Source: a virus
Lineage: Duplodnaviria > Caudoviricetes
Length of the DNA: 64,000 bases
Virus record (IMG/VR): IMGVR_UViG_3300021387_000452
Direction: 5' to 3' (one strand)
Below are positions 39,750 to 50,551 of this stretch, piece after piece. Made by a program: the position numbers and the translations under genes. Under the pieces are notes generated by a model that saw only the letters and a list, made by a program, of their open reading frames with translations, was not told the origin of the DNA and searched no databases. How positions within the stretch are numbered: position 1 is the stretch's first letter; each line of letters begins with the position of its first letter.

Positions 39750-40373
39750 TTAATAAGCTATATCGTCAAATAAAACAGGGATCTTAGATTTTAAATCGTC
39801 AAGTAACTTACGTGATATAGATACCATTTGTGGATGGGCCCGCGAATCACACCGTAAACGGAAAAAGTGTCTCCACTCTCTTATATTGCCAGTAACAACA
39901 ATTTCAGTTGCAAGTGATGTTGGTAACACACCTCTTGCAATTTCAGGTTTTGCGCCATTTGCTAATAAACCAAAGTATGCATGTTCAGCTACCATACATG
40001 TCTCATGCCATATATGGTAAGTAACAGGATCTAGACAATCACCAGGCGAAATAACTTTTATCTCATTTCCGAACTTATCTTTTGAATAATTACAATATCG
40101 CGTACTCTCTTGTGCAAAGCTGAATAAACGATGTCTTACAATCTCATGTGAGATACCACGGTCAACAATGAACTTCACTGATAATTGTGTATGCTCAAGC
40201 ATTGCCTCATGCCCGCGCTCACATAGCATCTTACAAAATTTAATACATGAATCATCTGTGATGTTATTCTCTGACTTGTAGCAAACTCTTCCAGCTCGCT
40301 CAATGTCTTTAAGAATCTTAATTTGATCAGATAAATCTGTTAGAATTTCATACGACTGTTGAATTACTTTCAT
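39750..40373 (-). CDS. thyX: FAD-dependent thymidylate synthase
   Basis: GHEAMLEH, RGISHEIVRHR...SFAQESTRY, ARGVLP, LRCDSRAHPQM. Confidence 0.95.
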   Translation of the reverse strand: MKVIQQSYEILTDLSDQIKILKDIERAGRVCYKSENNITDDSCIKFCKMLCERGHEAMLEHTQLSVKFIVDRGISHEIVRHRLFSFAQESTRYCNYSKDKFGNEIKVISPGDCLDPVTYHIWHETCMVAEHAYFGLLANGAKPEIARGVLPTSLATEIVVTGNIREWRHFFRLRCDSRAHPQMVSISRKLLDDLKSKIPVLFDDIAY

Positions 40374-41118
40374 TCTTAAGCTCCATTGCTTCTCTTAATC
40401 TATCATTGGCTATTTTGAAATAATTGTCGTCAAGCTCTATTCCAATAAAATTACGATTAGTATTGATGCACGCTACTCCTGTAGAGCCTGAGCCCATACA
40501 GTTATCAAGCACTGTCATACCTTCATTTGTAAAGCTTTTAATTAGATACTCTAATAATTCTACTGGCTTTTGAGTTGGATGAACTGTCTTTGTCTTTGGG
40601 ACTCTATTAAATCTAAGAACATCACGTGGATATCGTAAGCCATTATCCACATAAGGCGTTATATTGAAGTTTTTATTATCAACTGTAGTTAATGACTTAT
40701 TTGATTTAATAGCAGGCTTGTTACTTGACTGTTTGCCAGTATGAATCACCATCTGTGGATTATACACTGGCTGCTCTTTATAGAATATAGAGATCATCTC
40801 TGTAGACTTACCAAATCTACGTTTGACTTGCATGAAATTAGTAATCGACTCTTTCTCCCACACAAGATCATAGCGATAATCTTTTATGTTTGAAAGTCTA
40901 AGATATGAACTGAATGGCTCGTTTCCAAATAACACAATAGCTGCATTCTTTTTAGCTACTCTATTATAATGCTTCCACAACTTATCAAATGGTATTAAAG
41001 AATCCCATTCACAGTGAGTGCATGAATATGGAAGATCGCAAAAAATCATGTCTATAGAATGATCTTCTATGTTATTCATCTCTACAAGGCAGTCACCTTT
41101 ATATAAATCATAGATCAT
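40348..41118 (-). CDS. N6-adenine/N4-cytosine DNA methyltransferase (beta class)
   Basis: DLPY, HPTQKPVEL, VLDNCMGSGSTG, FIGIELD. Confidence 0.9.
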   Translation of the reverse strand: MIYDLYKGDCLVEMNNIEDHSIDMIFCDLPYSCTHCEWDSLIPFDKLWKHYNRVAKKNAAIVLFGNEPFSSYLRLSNIKDYRYDLVWEKESITNFMQVKRRFGKSTEMISIFYKEQPVYNPQMVIHTGKQSSNKPAIKSNKSLTTVDNKNFNITPYVDNGLRYPRDVLRFNRVPKTKTVHPTQKPVELLEYLIKSFTNEGMTVLDNCMGSGSTGVACINTNRNFIGIELDDNYFKIANDRLREAMELKNESNSTVV

Positions 41119-41404
41119 GCTACCACCAAGTGACTACATCTTTTAATGAATAATGACTTGAGTTATTGAATAAGTAGTATGGATTTGACTCGTAGATCGA
41201 AAACACTTCATTTGGAACTAATGTCCAATAAATAGAATCTGCAGTTTCACAGATACTGTTTAGATCATAAAATTTACTATTACTGTCATCAATAACTTTA
41301 ACGCTAATCATATTATTCTCAAATCAAAAGTTTAATGTAAAATAAATCCCCAGTGTTATATACACTGGGGATTCCATTTATTTAATGGATAAATTATTAG
41401 CTTA

Positions 41405-42283
41405 CTAGTCATCCCAATCTTTATACTCTGTAAGAGAGAACACAATGCTAGTAATACCTCTTACTTTAGTTTTTTCACCTATGCCGAATAATCTAAAAAA
41501 TTCTTTATTAAATTCTTCAATTGATGTGTGTGATCTACCAAATATTTCTGTACGAAATGCAAGATTGCACCTAGTTTGATTTGTATTTTCAAATGAATAG
41601 TCTTGCTCCCAAGAAGACTGACCAGTCCTTCTACTAGAACCAAAGCCATAATCATAAACCTGTCTATAGCTTCTATATAGCTCAATCTTTTGGCATACAA
41701 AAGCTTGCGTAGCTGTATCAAAACCTACAGTAAGTATGGATTTATCCTTTTGAGTTGACTCTGATGAATATGAGTTACGCTCATCAAGTAAATCAACACT
41801 AATTAGATCTTTATGCATTTCACAACGATCTAAGATTAGATGGTTTGCGTCACAAAACTCTTTAACAAGTGATCTGAATTTATCAAAGTTTTCACTTATA
41901 AGATCTTTAGTATAAACAGTATTAATTATTTTTATCTTATCAACATCTCTGAATTTATAATCTGGGTTAGCCTTATATGATTTACTAGTAAGTCGTATAA
42001 CGGCACCATGCTCTACTAGCTTCTTTAGCTCAGTATTACATGGCCAACCCATTGCCTTATTAAGAGCCATAATACTTTTTGGGCCATTATTCAGAAGATA
42101 TTCCCAGACTGTGTATATAGCGCGAACTTCTCCAGTAGACCATACAGCAGATAAAGCATCTTGATTTGTCGCACTAACTTCACTCTGTTGATCTACATCA
42201 GCACTATCATCCTCATACTTTCTATTAAGTAGCTTTTCAAGTCTAGCCACTCTTTGCAATAAGCTGTTTTCATGAATAGTCAT
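41405..42283 (-). CDS. LEQRIARLE-family protein
   Basis: SLLQRVARLEKLLNRKYED. Confidence 0.6.
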   Translation of the reverse strand: MTIHENSLLQRVARLEKLLNRKYEDDSADVDQQSEVSATNQDALSAVWSTGEVRAIYTVWEYLLNNGPKSIMALNKAMGWPCNTELKKLVEHGAVIRLTSKSYKANPDYKFRDVDKIKIINTVYTKDLISENFDKFRSLVKEFCDANHLILDRCEMHKDLISVDLLDERNSYSSESTQKDKSILTVGFDTATQAFVCQKIELYRSYRQVYDYGFGSSRRTGQSSWEQDYSFENTNQTRCNLAFRTEIFGRSHTSIEEFNKEFFRLFGIGEKTKVRGITSIVFSLTEYKDWDD

Positions 42284-42337
42284 ATGCTATAGTCCATAAT
42301 CAAAATAAGCCCATCATATGATGGGCTTTATATTTAC

Positions 42338-42952
42338 TTAACGTCTAACACGACGAGCTGGCTTTCTAGCTGATTCACTCTTTACTGGACGTTTCATGGG
42401 ACGTTTTACAGATTCATATTCCTCATCATCTTCTTCATCCCAATCTTCATCATCACCGTGAATCATGTCAAAATTGAAGTTTTTCCAAGCTGACAATGGA
42501 TATGAGCAATCACCAAGCCAGTCTTCCCATGAGCACATACCAGTTTTCGGATCAACAGCGCCTTCGCCACTATAGCCATTCATGATAGAACGCCACACAC
42601 AAATAGTGCCTTCTGTTGGACGAACCATAACACTATCAGCTGGATAGCCATCAACATCATATGTAAATGTATAGCGTGCATCAGGATCTTCTTCAATGTC
42701 TTCAACCTGGTGACCACGTAACCAACCAAACATAGGGCTATCAACAATTTCATGCTGATCATCACGTGTGAGTCTTACCCCAACCATTTGACCAAACTGT
42801 TTTGCTAAACGACTAGCAGCTTCACGGGCACCGTCTTCATCAAGATCTGACTCAAAGCTTTCAAATTTCTTAGAAGCACGAGCTTCATTTTTGAGAAGAC
42901 GCTCAAGACGGTTAATACGCTGTTCTAATGTAGGCTTACGATTCTTCATCAT
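42338..42952 (-). CDS. LEQRIARLE-family protein
   Basis: PTLEQRINRLERLLKNEARASKKFES. Confidence 0.6.
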   Translation of the reverse strand: MMKNRKPTLEQRINRLERLLKNEARASKKFESFESDLDEDGAREAASRLAKQFGQMVGVRLTRDDQHEIVDSPMFGWLRGHQVEDIEEDPDARYTFTYDVDGYPADSVMVRPTEGTICVWRSIMNGYSGEGAVDPKTGMCSWEDWLGDCSYPLSAWKNFNFDMIHGDDEDWDEEDDEEYESVKRPMKRPVKSESARKPARRVRR

Positions 42953-43456
42953 TTGTAACTCCATATAAAGTAAATAGAGCAGCCTATTAGGCTACTCAAT
43001 GTGTTTTTATGATATTTTATTAGATATGTAAACTAAAATCACCACCAATTACGATTATCTCTCTGAGCTTTAGCCCATTCTGCATTTCGTCTATTCTGCG
43101 TATGTAGATCTCTATCAAAACCAGGTCCAAATTCTGGATCATACCACTCAGACTTTCTAACTTTCTTCTTACAAGTTATAGTGATGTATCCGCCTTTATC
43201 TCCAGGAAAGATTCCAGTCTGTACATCATATGTCTTAAAGCTTTTGGCTTTAGCAAGAATTTGCTGTGCAGCTGGAGCATCAAGATTTATCCTATCATCG
43301 ATGCCATAAGCTGAGAATCCATCTCTATAGTTGCTAAGCTTGAAATCTTTAATCGTTAGATTTTCTGGATTAATTTCTGGATCAGCTAATAGGCTATTAA
43401 AGATCTTAACGCATCTATCGTAGTCTGGCTCCCACTCATAGTAATAACGAGTAGCT

Positions 43457-43882
43457 TCAGTTTTTAAATTCTTTTTTTTTACCAAATGCAAGTCTTTCTA
43501 ATCTACGGACCTTAGCCTCAAGCTCGCGATTGTTGCATTCTTCAACATCAGCATCTTCATCACCAGATTCATCTTCTGCTGGCTCTTCGTCTTCTACAGC
43601 AAAGTCATCATCAGAATCATCGACAATTTCGTCGTCTAATGGAACTAGATCTCCATCCATATCATCTTCTGGCTCTTCGACTTCATCACAGCAGTTAGGA
43701 AGACTTAATGAGCCAAGAACTCGTTTACACTCAGCATCTGACATTTCTTTTACGCACGCTAAAAGAGCTTCATCAGCATCAAGCGAGCCAAGATCGACAA
43801 GTGAGAGTAAAAGCTCATGAGGATCTTCAACTGATTCATTCTTAAATGAACGAGCATTTCTACGGTTTAGAATTCTTTTCAT
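43457..43882 (-). CDS. Highly acidic scaffold-like protein with a C-terminal LEAKVRRLERL zipper
   Basis: N-terminal FKNES, D/E-rich linker, zipper near the C-terminus. Confidence 0.5.
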   Translation of the reverse strand: MKRILNRRNARSFKNESVEDPHELLLSLVDLGSLDADEALLACVKEMSDAECKRVLGSLSLPNCCDEVEEPEDDMDGDLVPLDDEIVDDSDDDFAVEDEEPAEDESGDEDADVEECNNRELEAKVRRLERLAFGKKKEFKN

Positions 43883-44096
43883 ATTATTTATCTCCAAGTA
43901 AGTTAGACACACTATAGATCAACGTTCAGTATTATAGATATTTACTAATAATAGAATTCTATAAAACACTGAGTCGATACAATAAATTTCTAATCACATA
44001 AAGATTGATATCAAATTTAATTGTATCTTTATTGTAAGAGTTCATAGACGAGCTCTTAATTTAATTAACATCTAGCGAGTAAATGGATAAGGAATT

Positions 44097-44531
44097 ATGG
44101 AAACTATGTTAACGCCTATTGTAGCTTCAATCGCTCTTCTTTGTGTATGTATCTTGCTTTTAATTGTGGTGCCAATTATGGATGGATCAGAAAGATTTGC
44201 AAAATATATCAGTCTACGCTACATTCTTGTAGCGATGTCACTAATCATGGCTCTTGGCTGCATTCTGGACTTTTCACACCTCGCAGAATCATCAAGAAAT
44301 ATTGTTCTAACTGGCGCTGTCGTTTTAGTCGGCATCTTTGTTGTTGTCAGATCACTTGAGAAAGTCAAGCTTGGCGGTAAAAAGATTGAGTTTACTGCTG
44401 AGAAGGGAGACATAAAAGCTGGAGTAAAGATCACCGGTGAAAAAGAGCATCAGGAAGATAAGCCGCATGAAAGAAAGCTTATTTGTGAAAATGCTAACTG
44501 TGATAATGAAAGAGATGATAAAGCTGCATAA
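44097..44531 (+). CDS. Three-TM membrane protein (holin candidate)
   Basis: 3 hydrophobic helices, charged C-terminus, SD AAGGA, terminator at 44539-44560. Confidence 0.5.
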   Translation: METMLTPIVASIALLCVCILLLIVVPIMDGSERFAKYISLRYILVAMSLIMALGCILDFSHLAESSRNIVLTGAVVLVGIFVVVRSLEKVKLGGKKIEFTAEKGDIKAGVKITGEKEHQEDKPHERKLICENANCDNERDDKAA

Positions 44532-44839
44532 CAAGCTTTAAGGGCTCATTTAGAGCCCTTTTATTGTGTCACGAAAAAGTCAATTAAAACGGAAGACTTA
44601 ATTGTGCTGAATAGTTTGCATAACTTTCTTCATCTATAGTTTTCTTATCGATGTACTCATCAAGAACTTTAATTGCTACATCAAGTGCAATTCCGAGCTG
44701 AGTAGGATTCACCATCTCATAGTGATTAGGTATATGATCATCTCGACGCCAGACGTTATGATGAATTAGAATATCTCTTGCTTCTTCTACTGTCATACCA
44801 AAATCTCACCTGGAACTGTGTACAAAACTACTGTAAAGA

Positions 44840-45285
44840 ATAATTAGTGATTCTCTCAAGTTTTGCCGATCAAGTCCCTAGCCTTATTCATCTAGTCGGG
44901 TTCGTGTCTAGCTGCTTAATCTTTAATTGAAAGTGATGTATGAGGTCACGAGTCGCACACACAGATACATGTATTTCAAAGCAAGCTATTAAGAATAGCC
45001 AATTATTTAATAAAATCAATATGTCTTTGCCAGCACCGAGTAGTACTTCTAGAACATCCGGGACCTACATAAGTAGGCGCCTTAGACCTACGAGAGTCAG
45101 TTCTTGACTAAGCTAGCTGTCTTAACTCTCATCCATAAGAATTAAGGATCCTGAACAGGCCTATCACGACGTGAATGACTTATCGATACTAATTGAAGCA
45201 AATTAAGAATTCTAGATTCAGCTTCGTGATCTTGTCATGGGTCATCAGATAATCATGCCAATGAGACTAAAAGTCTCTACATATA
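44840..45285 (-). ncRNA. Candidate ~440-nt structured RNA
   Basis: No ORF in the track; several hairpins; ATATCTA motif at ~45287. Confidence 0.35.
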
Positions 45286-45599
45286 ATAGATATACAAGAG
45301 TTGTTCTTATTGTTTAATCACATAATAGCTTTATCATCACCTAAAGCAATTAAAAGTATTACTATTGCTACTCACAAAAGAATCACTCTAGAGTGACTTA
45401 TTTATCACAAATGGTAAATTATACCAGCGTGACTATAACATCTATTATGAGTGATTTAGCACACTATCTAAATATCACTCAGAATCACTCTCTACTCACT
45501 CAACTTAATAGACTTATATTTATATGAATCATCTAAAAAGTGATCTACAAATGAATTCTGAAATAAAGAGTGTTGGTGAATATGAGTCGCGGGAACATC

Positions 45600-46192
45600 A
45601 GCAGATGATTTGTTTTGAGTTGAAACAGGCATGAAGAGCACGAAAAATTTCGTGCGATGAATAAAATGCGCGGGACTCTCACAAAAAGATTTTTCTGCTA
45701 AATTGAAATGCCATGAACTAGTTCATGGGAAGAAGAAATTCTTTTTATAATAAATATTATTTATTATTTATATTATTAATAAAATAAACATTATTTGTTA
45801 TTTTTGAAGAAGAAGATTAGGAAGGAGATTAGGATTAAGATTAGAATTGAGATTAGAGTGAAGAGCATCAGACTGAGGCATGCCTCAGTCTTTTGCCAAT
45901 TTCAATAAATTATTGGGTATTTGAGAAAGTGAGTTATTTTCTCTACTCTAAAATTCATCATTAAATGTCTCCTCTAATAGAAGTTCTTCGTCTGAAATTA
46001 CTCTCTGATAGAAGTTCTTCAGATGAGTAGAAATTCACATTCCATAAAAATCAATTGAATTTCACAAATGAAGCTATTTAAGTTCATGACGAAAGAGTTT
46101 TTCTAATAGAAGTTCTTCGCATAAAAATAGCACGAAAGAAATTCCTAATAGGAGTTCTTCGTGCGAATGAAAATTACTAATAAGAGTTCTTC
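45600..46192. repeat. Origin-like region: palindromes, AT-rich tract and five iterons
   Basis: CTRATARRAGTTCTTC at 45974, 46005, 46103, 46145, 46177; AT-rich tract 45742-45805. Confidence 0.6.
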
Positions 46193-46569
46193 AGAAATTC
46201 TAGGTATTTTTGAGTGCTACTTTCGATAGAGCTGTCTGGCTCATTTTTTCGAACTTCTTTTTCTTGAGCTCTACATTCTGTAACTTTGTGAGGCTGTGGA
46301 GCCTTAACTTCTTCGATCAGTTCTTGACACCAGTCATCTGCAGTTGGACGTTCAAAATAATAAATCTGAACATTCGTACGATATCGTCTAACAAACTGTT
46401 CAGCTTTCATTCTGCACTGCTCTAAAGTGTCGTACCCTGCGTGAATATATAGCTTCCCAGAATATGGTATGCAAATTGAGTATTCACTGTGAGATAGACC
46501 GAATCTTAATTTTAGATGTTCTAAATTTATGCTGTTGAAGCATTTTCCGTTATATGTTTCGAATATCAT
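46177..46569 (-). CDS. Hypothetical protein adjacent to the iterons
   Basis: 130-aa ORF; stop codon lies in the last iteron. Confidence 0.5.
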   Translation of the reverse strand: MIFETYNGKCFNSINLEHLKLRFGLSHSEYSICIPYSGKLYIHAGYDTLEQCRMKAEQFVRRYRTNVQIYYFERPTADDWCQELIEEVKAPQPHKVTECRAQEKEVRKNEPDSSIESSTQKYLEFLKNSY

Positions 46570-47341
46570 TGCTATACCTACTGATGTTGTTAGACGAATC
46601 TCCGGCTATAATAAATGATTTACTATAGCCGGAGTCTGTACTAAAGAGCATCGATGATTTTTTCTGATTTGTGAGTTCTGCTCAAAATCATCATCCATAT
46701 AATAATAGATATTCTACTAATAAAGTAATGAAAAATGATTGTCTACACTAGCTTTTTTATGTAGTGCCAGCTGACTCTAAATAGTCGATCAAGTAATTCT
46801 CCAATTACTATCGGAACAATGACGAATAGTGCTGTAGCACTAACTATAAGAATTTCTTCTAACATATATGTATTTACTCCAATTGTATGTGAACTATTGT
46901 AGACATGAATTAGATCACATCTATGCTATGGCAATTGACTACTCAAAAGCCATTTTAATTTTAGATACTTACAGTATGACAGCATGTAATCAAATGTAAT
47001 ACATGCTGTCATACTGGATGTAGTTATTAATCACATGAATTGTGTTTACGATCATCTTCTCTTATTGCATTAGCAATAGATCGACCTCTCTTGATGAAAG
47101 ACTTATGACTATCAATTACTGACTCTACAATATTTTCTTTGTAGTCTTTGTCTTCAATAACAGCTTCAAGTAGATCACACTCATGATCGACATCTATTGC
47201 AAGCATATACGCTTCATGCTTGAGCTTTTCTATAGTTGTATTTATTTCATTTATTCTTGACATCTTATCATCGATTTGATGTCTGAAACTATCAGTAACG
47301 CTTACAACTACTAACATGTTCATGATTTTCTCCTGTGAAAG

Positions 47342-47367
47342 TATGGGTGGAGCCATTCCACCCATAT
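47342..47367 (-). promoter_or_regulatory. Stand-alone leader hairpin
   Basis: ATATGGGTGGA-ATGGC-TCCACCCATAC before SD CAGGAG; no TTTACA/TATAAG pair at the usual spacing. Confidence 0.65.
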
Positions 47368-47378
47368 ATAATTTTACA

Positions 47379-47951
47379 TCACTTTGCGTTCGTGATAATG
47401 AATCTAAAGTGAGCAACCATACACTCGCTAAATTCAGCAGCCAGAACTGATCTAGCATGAACTTTCTTTTCACCGTCTGTAATAACTACATCGAATAATT
47501 TTGGATCACTTGACAGAGATGAGAATTTGCATTCAGGCGTAAATCCTTTTTGATTAAGCTTATCAGCCATAGCAAATACTTTGCTATCGAACATCATGGC
47601 TGCTTTTTCAACGCTATTCTCTACAAAGCTTTCTTTACCCATGCTTATAAATTTCTCTGATTGTCTTATAAGACGTTCGAGCTTTTCGACCTCTTTACGC
47701 ATTGGGTTAGTTTGAGCAATATAGATGTCGAGATCTGCAAAACTTAATCTACCGCATGAATCTCTCTTTTCTTTGCAACAGTTGCGAATTTTATTATTGA
47801 GAGATGAAATCTTTGATTTAGCATCAGTAATCTTGTTTGGAAGATTATCATATGATCTTCCAGCACTTAGTCTAACAAGACCAAGATATGTAACTCTTGC
47901 ATTTGCAGTTTGTGATTTAACTACTTCATGGATGCTATCGAAATTACTCAT
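47379..47951 (-). CDS. Hypothetical early protein
   Basis: Start moved to MSNFD, downstream of the cassette. Confidence 0.6.
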   Translation of the reverse strand: MSNFDSIHEVVKSQTANARVTYLGLVRLSAGRSYDNLPNKITDAKSKISSLNNKIRNCCKEKRDSCGRLSFADLDIYIAQTNPMRKEVEKLERLIRQSEKFISMGKESFVENSVEKAAMMFDSKVFAMADKLNQKGFTPECKFSSLSSDPKLFDVVITDGEKKVHARSVLAAEFSECMVAHFRFIITNAK

Positions 47952-47970
47952 GTCCAATCTCCTGTGAATT

Positions 47971-48061
47971 ATTGAATGGAACCATTCCATCCAATCTGTA
48001 GTCTTTATAAGCCAGAGCCGCTTATAGGTAAATAAAAATCACCGAATAAATCGGTGATTTT
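47971..48061 (-). promoter_or_regulatory. Cassette copy 10
   Basis: All three parts present. Confidence 0.85.
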
Positions 48062-48318
48062 ATTCTACCATCTTTTCTTGCCATCTGTGTAAGTGGCAAT
48101 GTGAATTGAATTAACTTCATGGAAACTACCATTAAAGTAATCGCCTTTACTCTTAACTACAGTACTCGAACTACCGGATTTCTTTGAGATTGACTTCGCG
48201 AAATTTGTAGCTGCTCGTCTTTCATTCATGAAGAAGCTCTTGGAAGTGCAGTGAGATTCAGCAGATTCAGCATAAATAACGCGGATGATTTCGATCATTT
48301 TAACTCTCCTTGAATTCC

Positions 48319-48410
48319 ATTGGAAGGAACCATTCCCTCCAATCTTGAATGCTTTATAAGTTCTTTTAGAGAGTATGTAAACAAAAATCACCGAGTAATT
48401 CGGTGATTTT
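48319..48410 (-). promoter_or_regulatory. Cassette copy 11
   Basis: Leader GGAGGGAA-TGG-TTCCTTCC. Confidence 0.85.
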
Positions 48411-49924
48411 ATTTAGTTTTCATATTTAATAATGAACGTTGGTGTGAATCTTATTTCTACATTAAGATACTCTCCATATCCAAATAGTTTCATTACCCAG
48501 TGATGTTCTTATTTACTATCTCAACTAGCTCGTCAACGCCATCTAGTGCTTCTTTAAAGTTTTCAAGTGCTGTACTACTGACTCCATTACGGAACGTAGC
48601 GTCAGTCATTATAGTTCTTAAATGAGCTGCATCTTTTTCCATTCGCCTAGCTATACCTTTTCTTTTCTTCTTTAATTCTTCGATCATGAAGTCTATATCA
48701 CCAATGTCTCTATAGTGAGCATTAAGTGATTCAGAAATGTGATTTGCAAGCTCAATCATGTTTGTGAGATTCATTGTTCGTTCCTTTATTCATCATCATG
48801 AAGCTGCTTAGTTACATCAATTTCATTACTGTCTTTACATACATAATTAATAATGTCTTGGTTTGTTTCAAGCTTTTCACATAAATCCCACTCATTTACA
48901 TAGTATAGTTGTGATCCTTTAATAACATATAGGAACTCAATGTCTCCATGAAGATGATTTACCTCATTCATATCGTGAACATATTCATCTTCGTACTCTT
49001 CATCTTTCATTACTTCGCCAATAAGAACATCATAAACTGATATGTCTTTTACTATAATGCTCATACCAACCGAGTACAGTAGCTTTGTTCTAAGTTCTTC
49101 ACCTACTCCAGAAAGATAGCCATCAAAGTGATGGTAAAACTGATGGGCTTTATTGTCTGGTGTTACAAGAATAATGTTTGAACGAGTGCTCATACTAATC
49201 TCTCCTCTTTGTGTTATACTTCGTATTCTCTAAACAGCTCATCACATTCTAATCGAATGTCATCAACTATAGCTGCTAGCTCAAACCTAACTTCTTTATT
49301 CCAAAATGGCTTTGAATCTGGTCCACTTTTAGTTGGCTTTTCATCATAGTTCATGTCAATTCTAATATCATATTCAACTTCTTTATCTAGTGACTCCATA
49401 ATGAATTTGAACATCTCTGTATAGTCCATATCATTATCATTTGCCCATGAATCAATAAGATCTACATATTCATCAGATATAGCACTTTCTATATCTTCAT
49501 CATCTATTCCACAATCACCCATGTACGTTGAGAGAAATTCTCTTAATGTTTTGTCTTCACTCCAATCTTCTTGAAATTCACGAAGACATTTGTTTGCAAA
49601 TTCTTGATTAAGCATTCTAAACTCCATTAGTAATTAGGCGGCTATTTGGCCGCCTACGTTTATTTTCTAGTACACCAACCAGTGAGATACGCAATAACGT
49701 GATCGTCAGTTAATTCGACCATGTAAGCCCACAGTCCACATTCAGAAATTTCTACAGCGTATTTGTAAGCTTTATCTCTATCAATAAAGCCCATTACATC
49801 AAGCTGAGTATCAGATTCTGGACAAATAACAGCATAATTTACTTTGCCAGTGGATTTCATTTTCTGAATTCTTGAATCATTTGCAAATGGGTTTAGCATG
49901 ATTTTCTCTCTCCTATGCGTTTCC

Positions 49925-50016
49925 AGGATGAATCCATTCCATCCAGTTTATGAATTACTTATAAGGCATTTATGAGAATATGTAAACAAAAATCACCGAG
50001 ATATCTCGGTGATTTT
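49925..50016 (-). promoter_or_regulatory. Cassette copy 12
   Basis: All three parts present. Confidence 0.85.
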
Positions 50017-50389
50017 ACTTAACCCCAAATCCATTCGCCACGTTTAATCTGCTTGATTTCACCATCGCTGATCTTGAGCTCGACGATTTGACCTGCATAT
50101 TTGGCAACAAGCTTTTTAACGCAGGCTATCTGTTTTACAGTCAGGAACCCTTTGTCCAAATACCACTTAGCCAACCCAGAGCCCTTCTTTGCATCCTGCG
50201 GCTTAAACCCAACGCCATTATGATATTTGACATCCTCATGGCATTTTTCATCTTCAACCTGCTTATCATAAATAAACGTCAATGCGTGGATAGCGGTTGC
50301 ATCTTTTACTTCGATTTGATTGCGAAGTCTATCAATAATTTCTTTTTTGCTACTGAACTTGATTGCCATGATCATATCTCCTATGTAAG

Positions 50390-50483
50390 AACTGGTTGGA
50401 ACCATTCCATCCAGTTTATGAGAGTCTTATAAATCGATCTATGATCGATGTAAAATAAAATCACCGACTAAAATGGTGATTTT
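50390..50483 (-). promoter_or_regulatory. Cassette copy 13 (palindromic spacer)
   Basis: Spacer ATCGATC-TAT-GATCGAT (+ strand). Confidence 0.85.
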
Positions 50484-50551
50484 AGTCTATGAACTTTTCT
50501 AAGATCAATTATTTATAGGGGCTATTATTCAGTTTCATTTTAAGAATAGAG

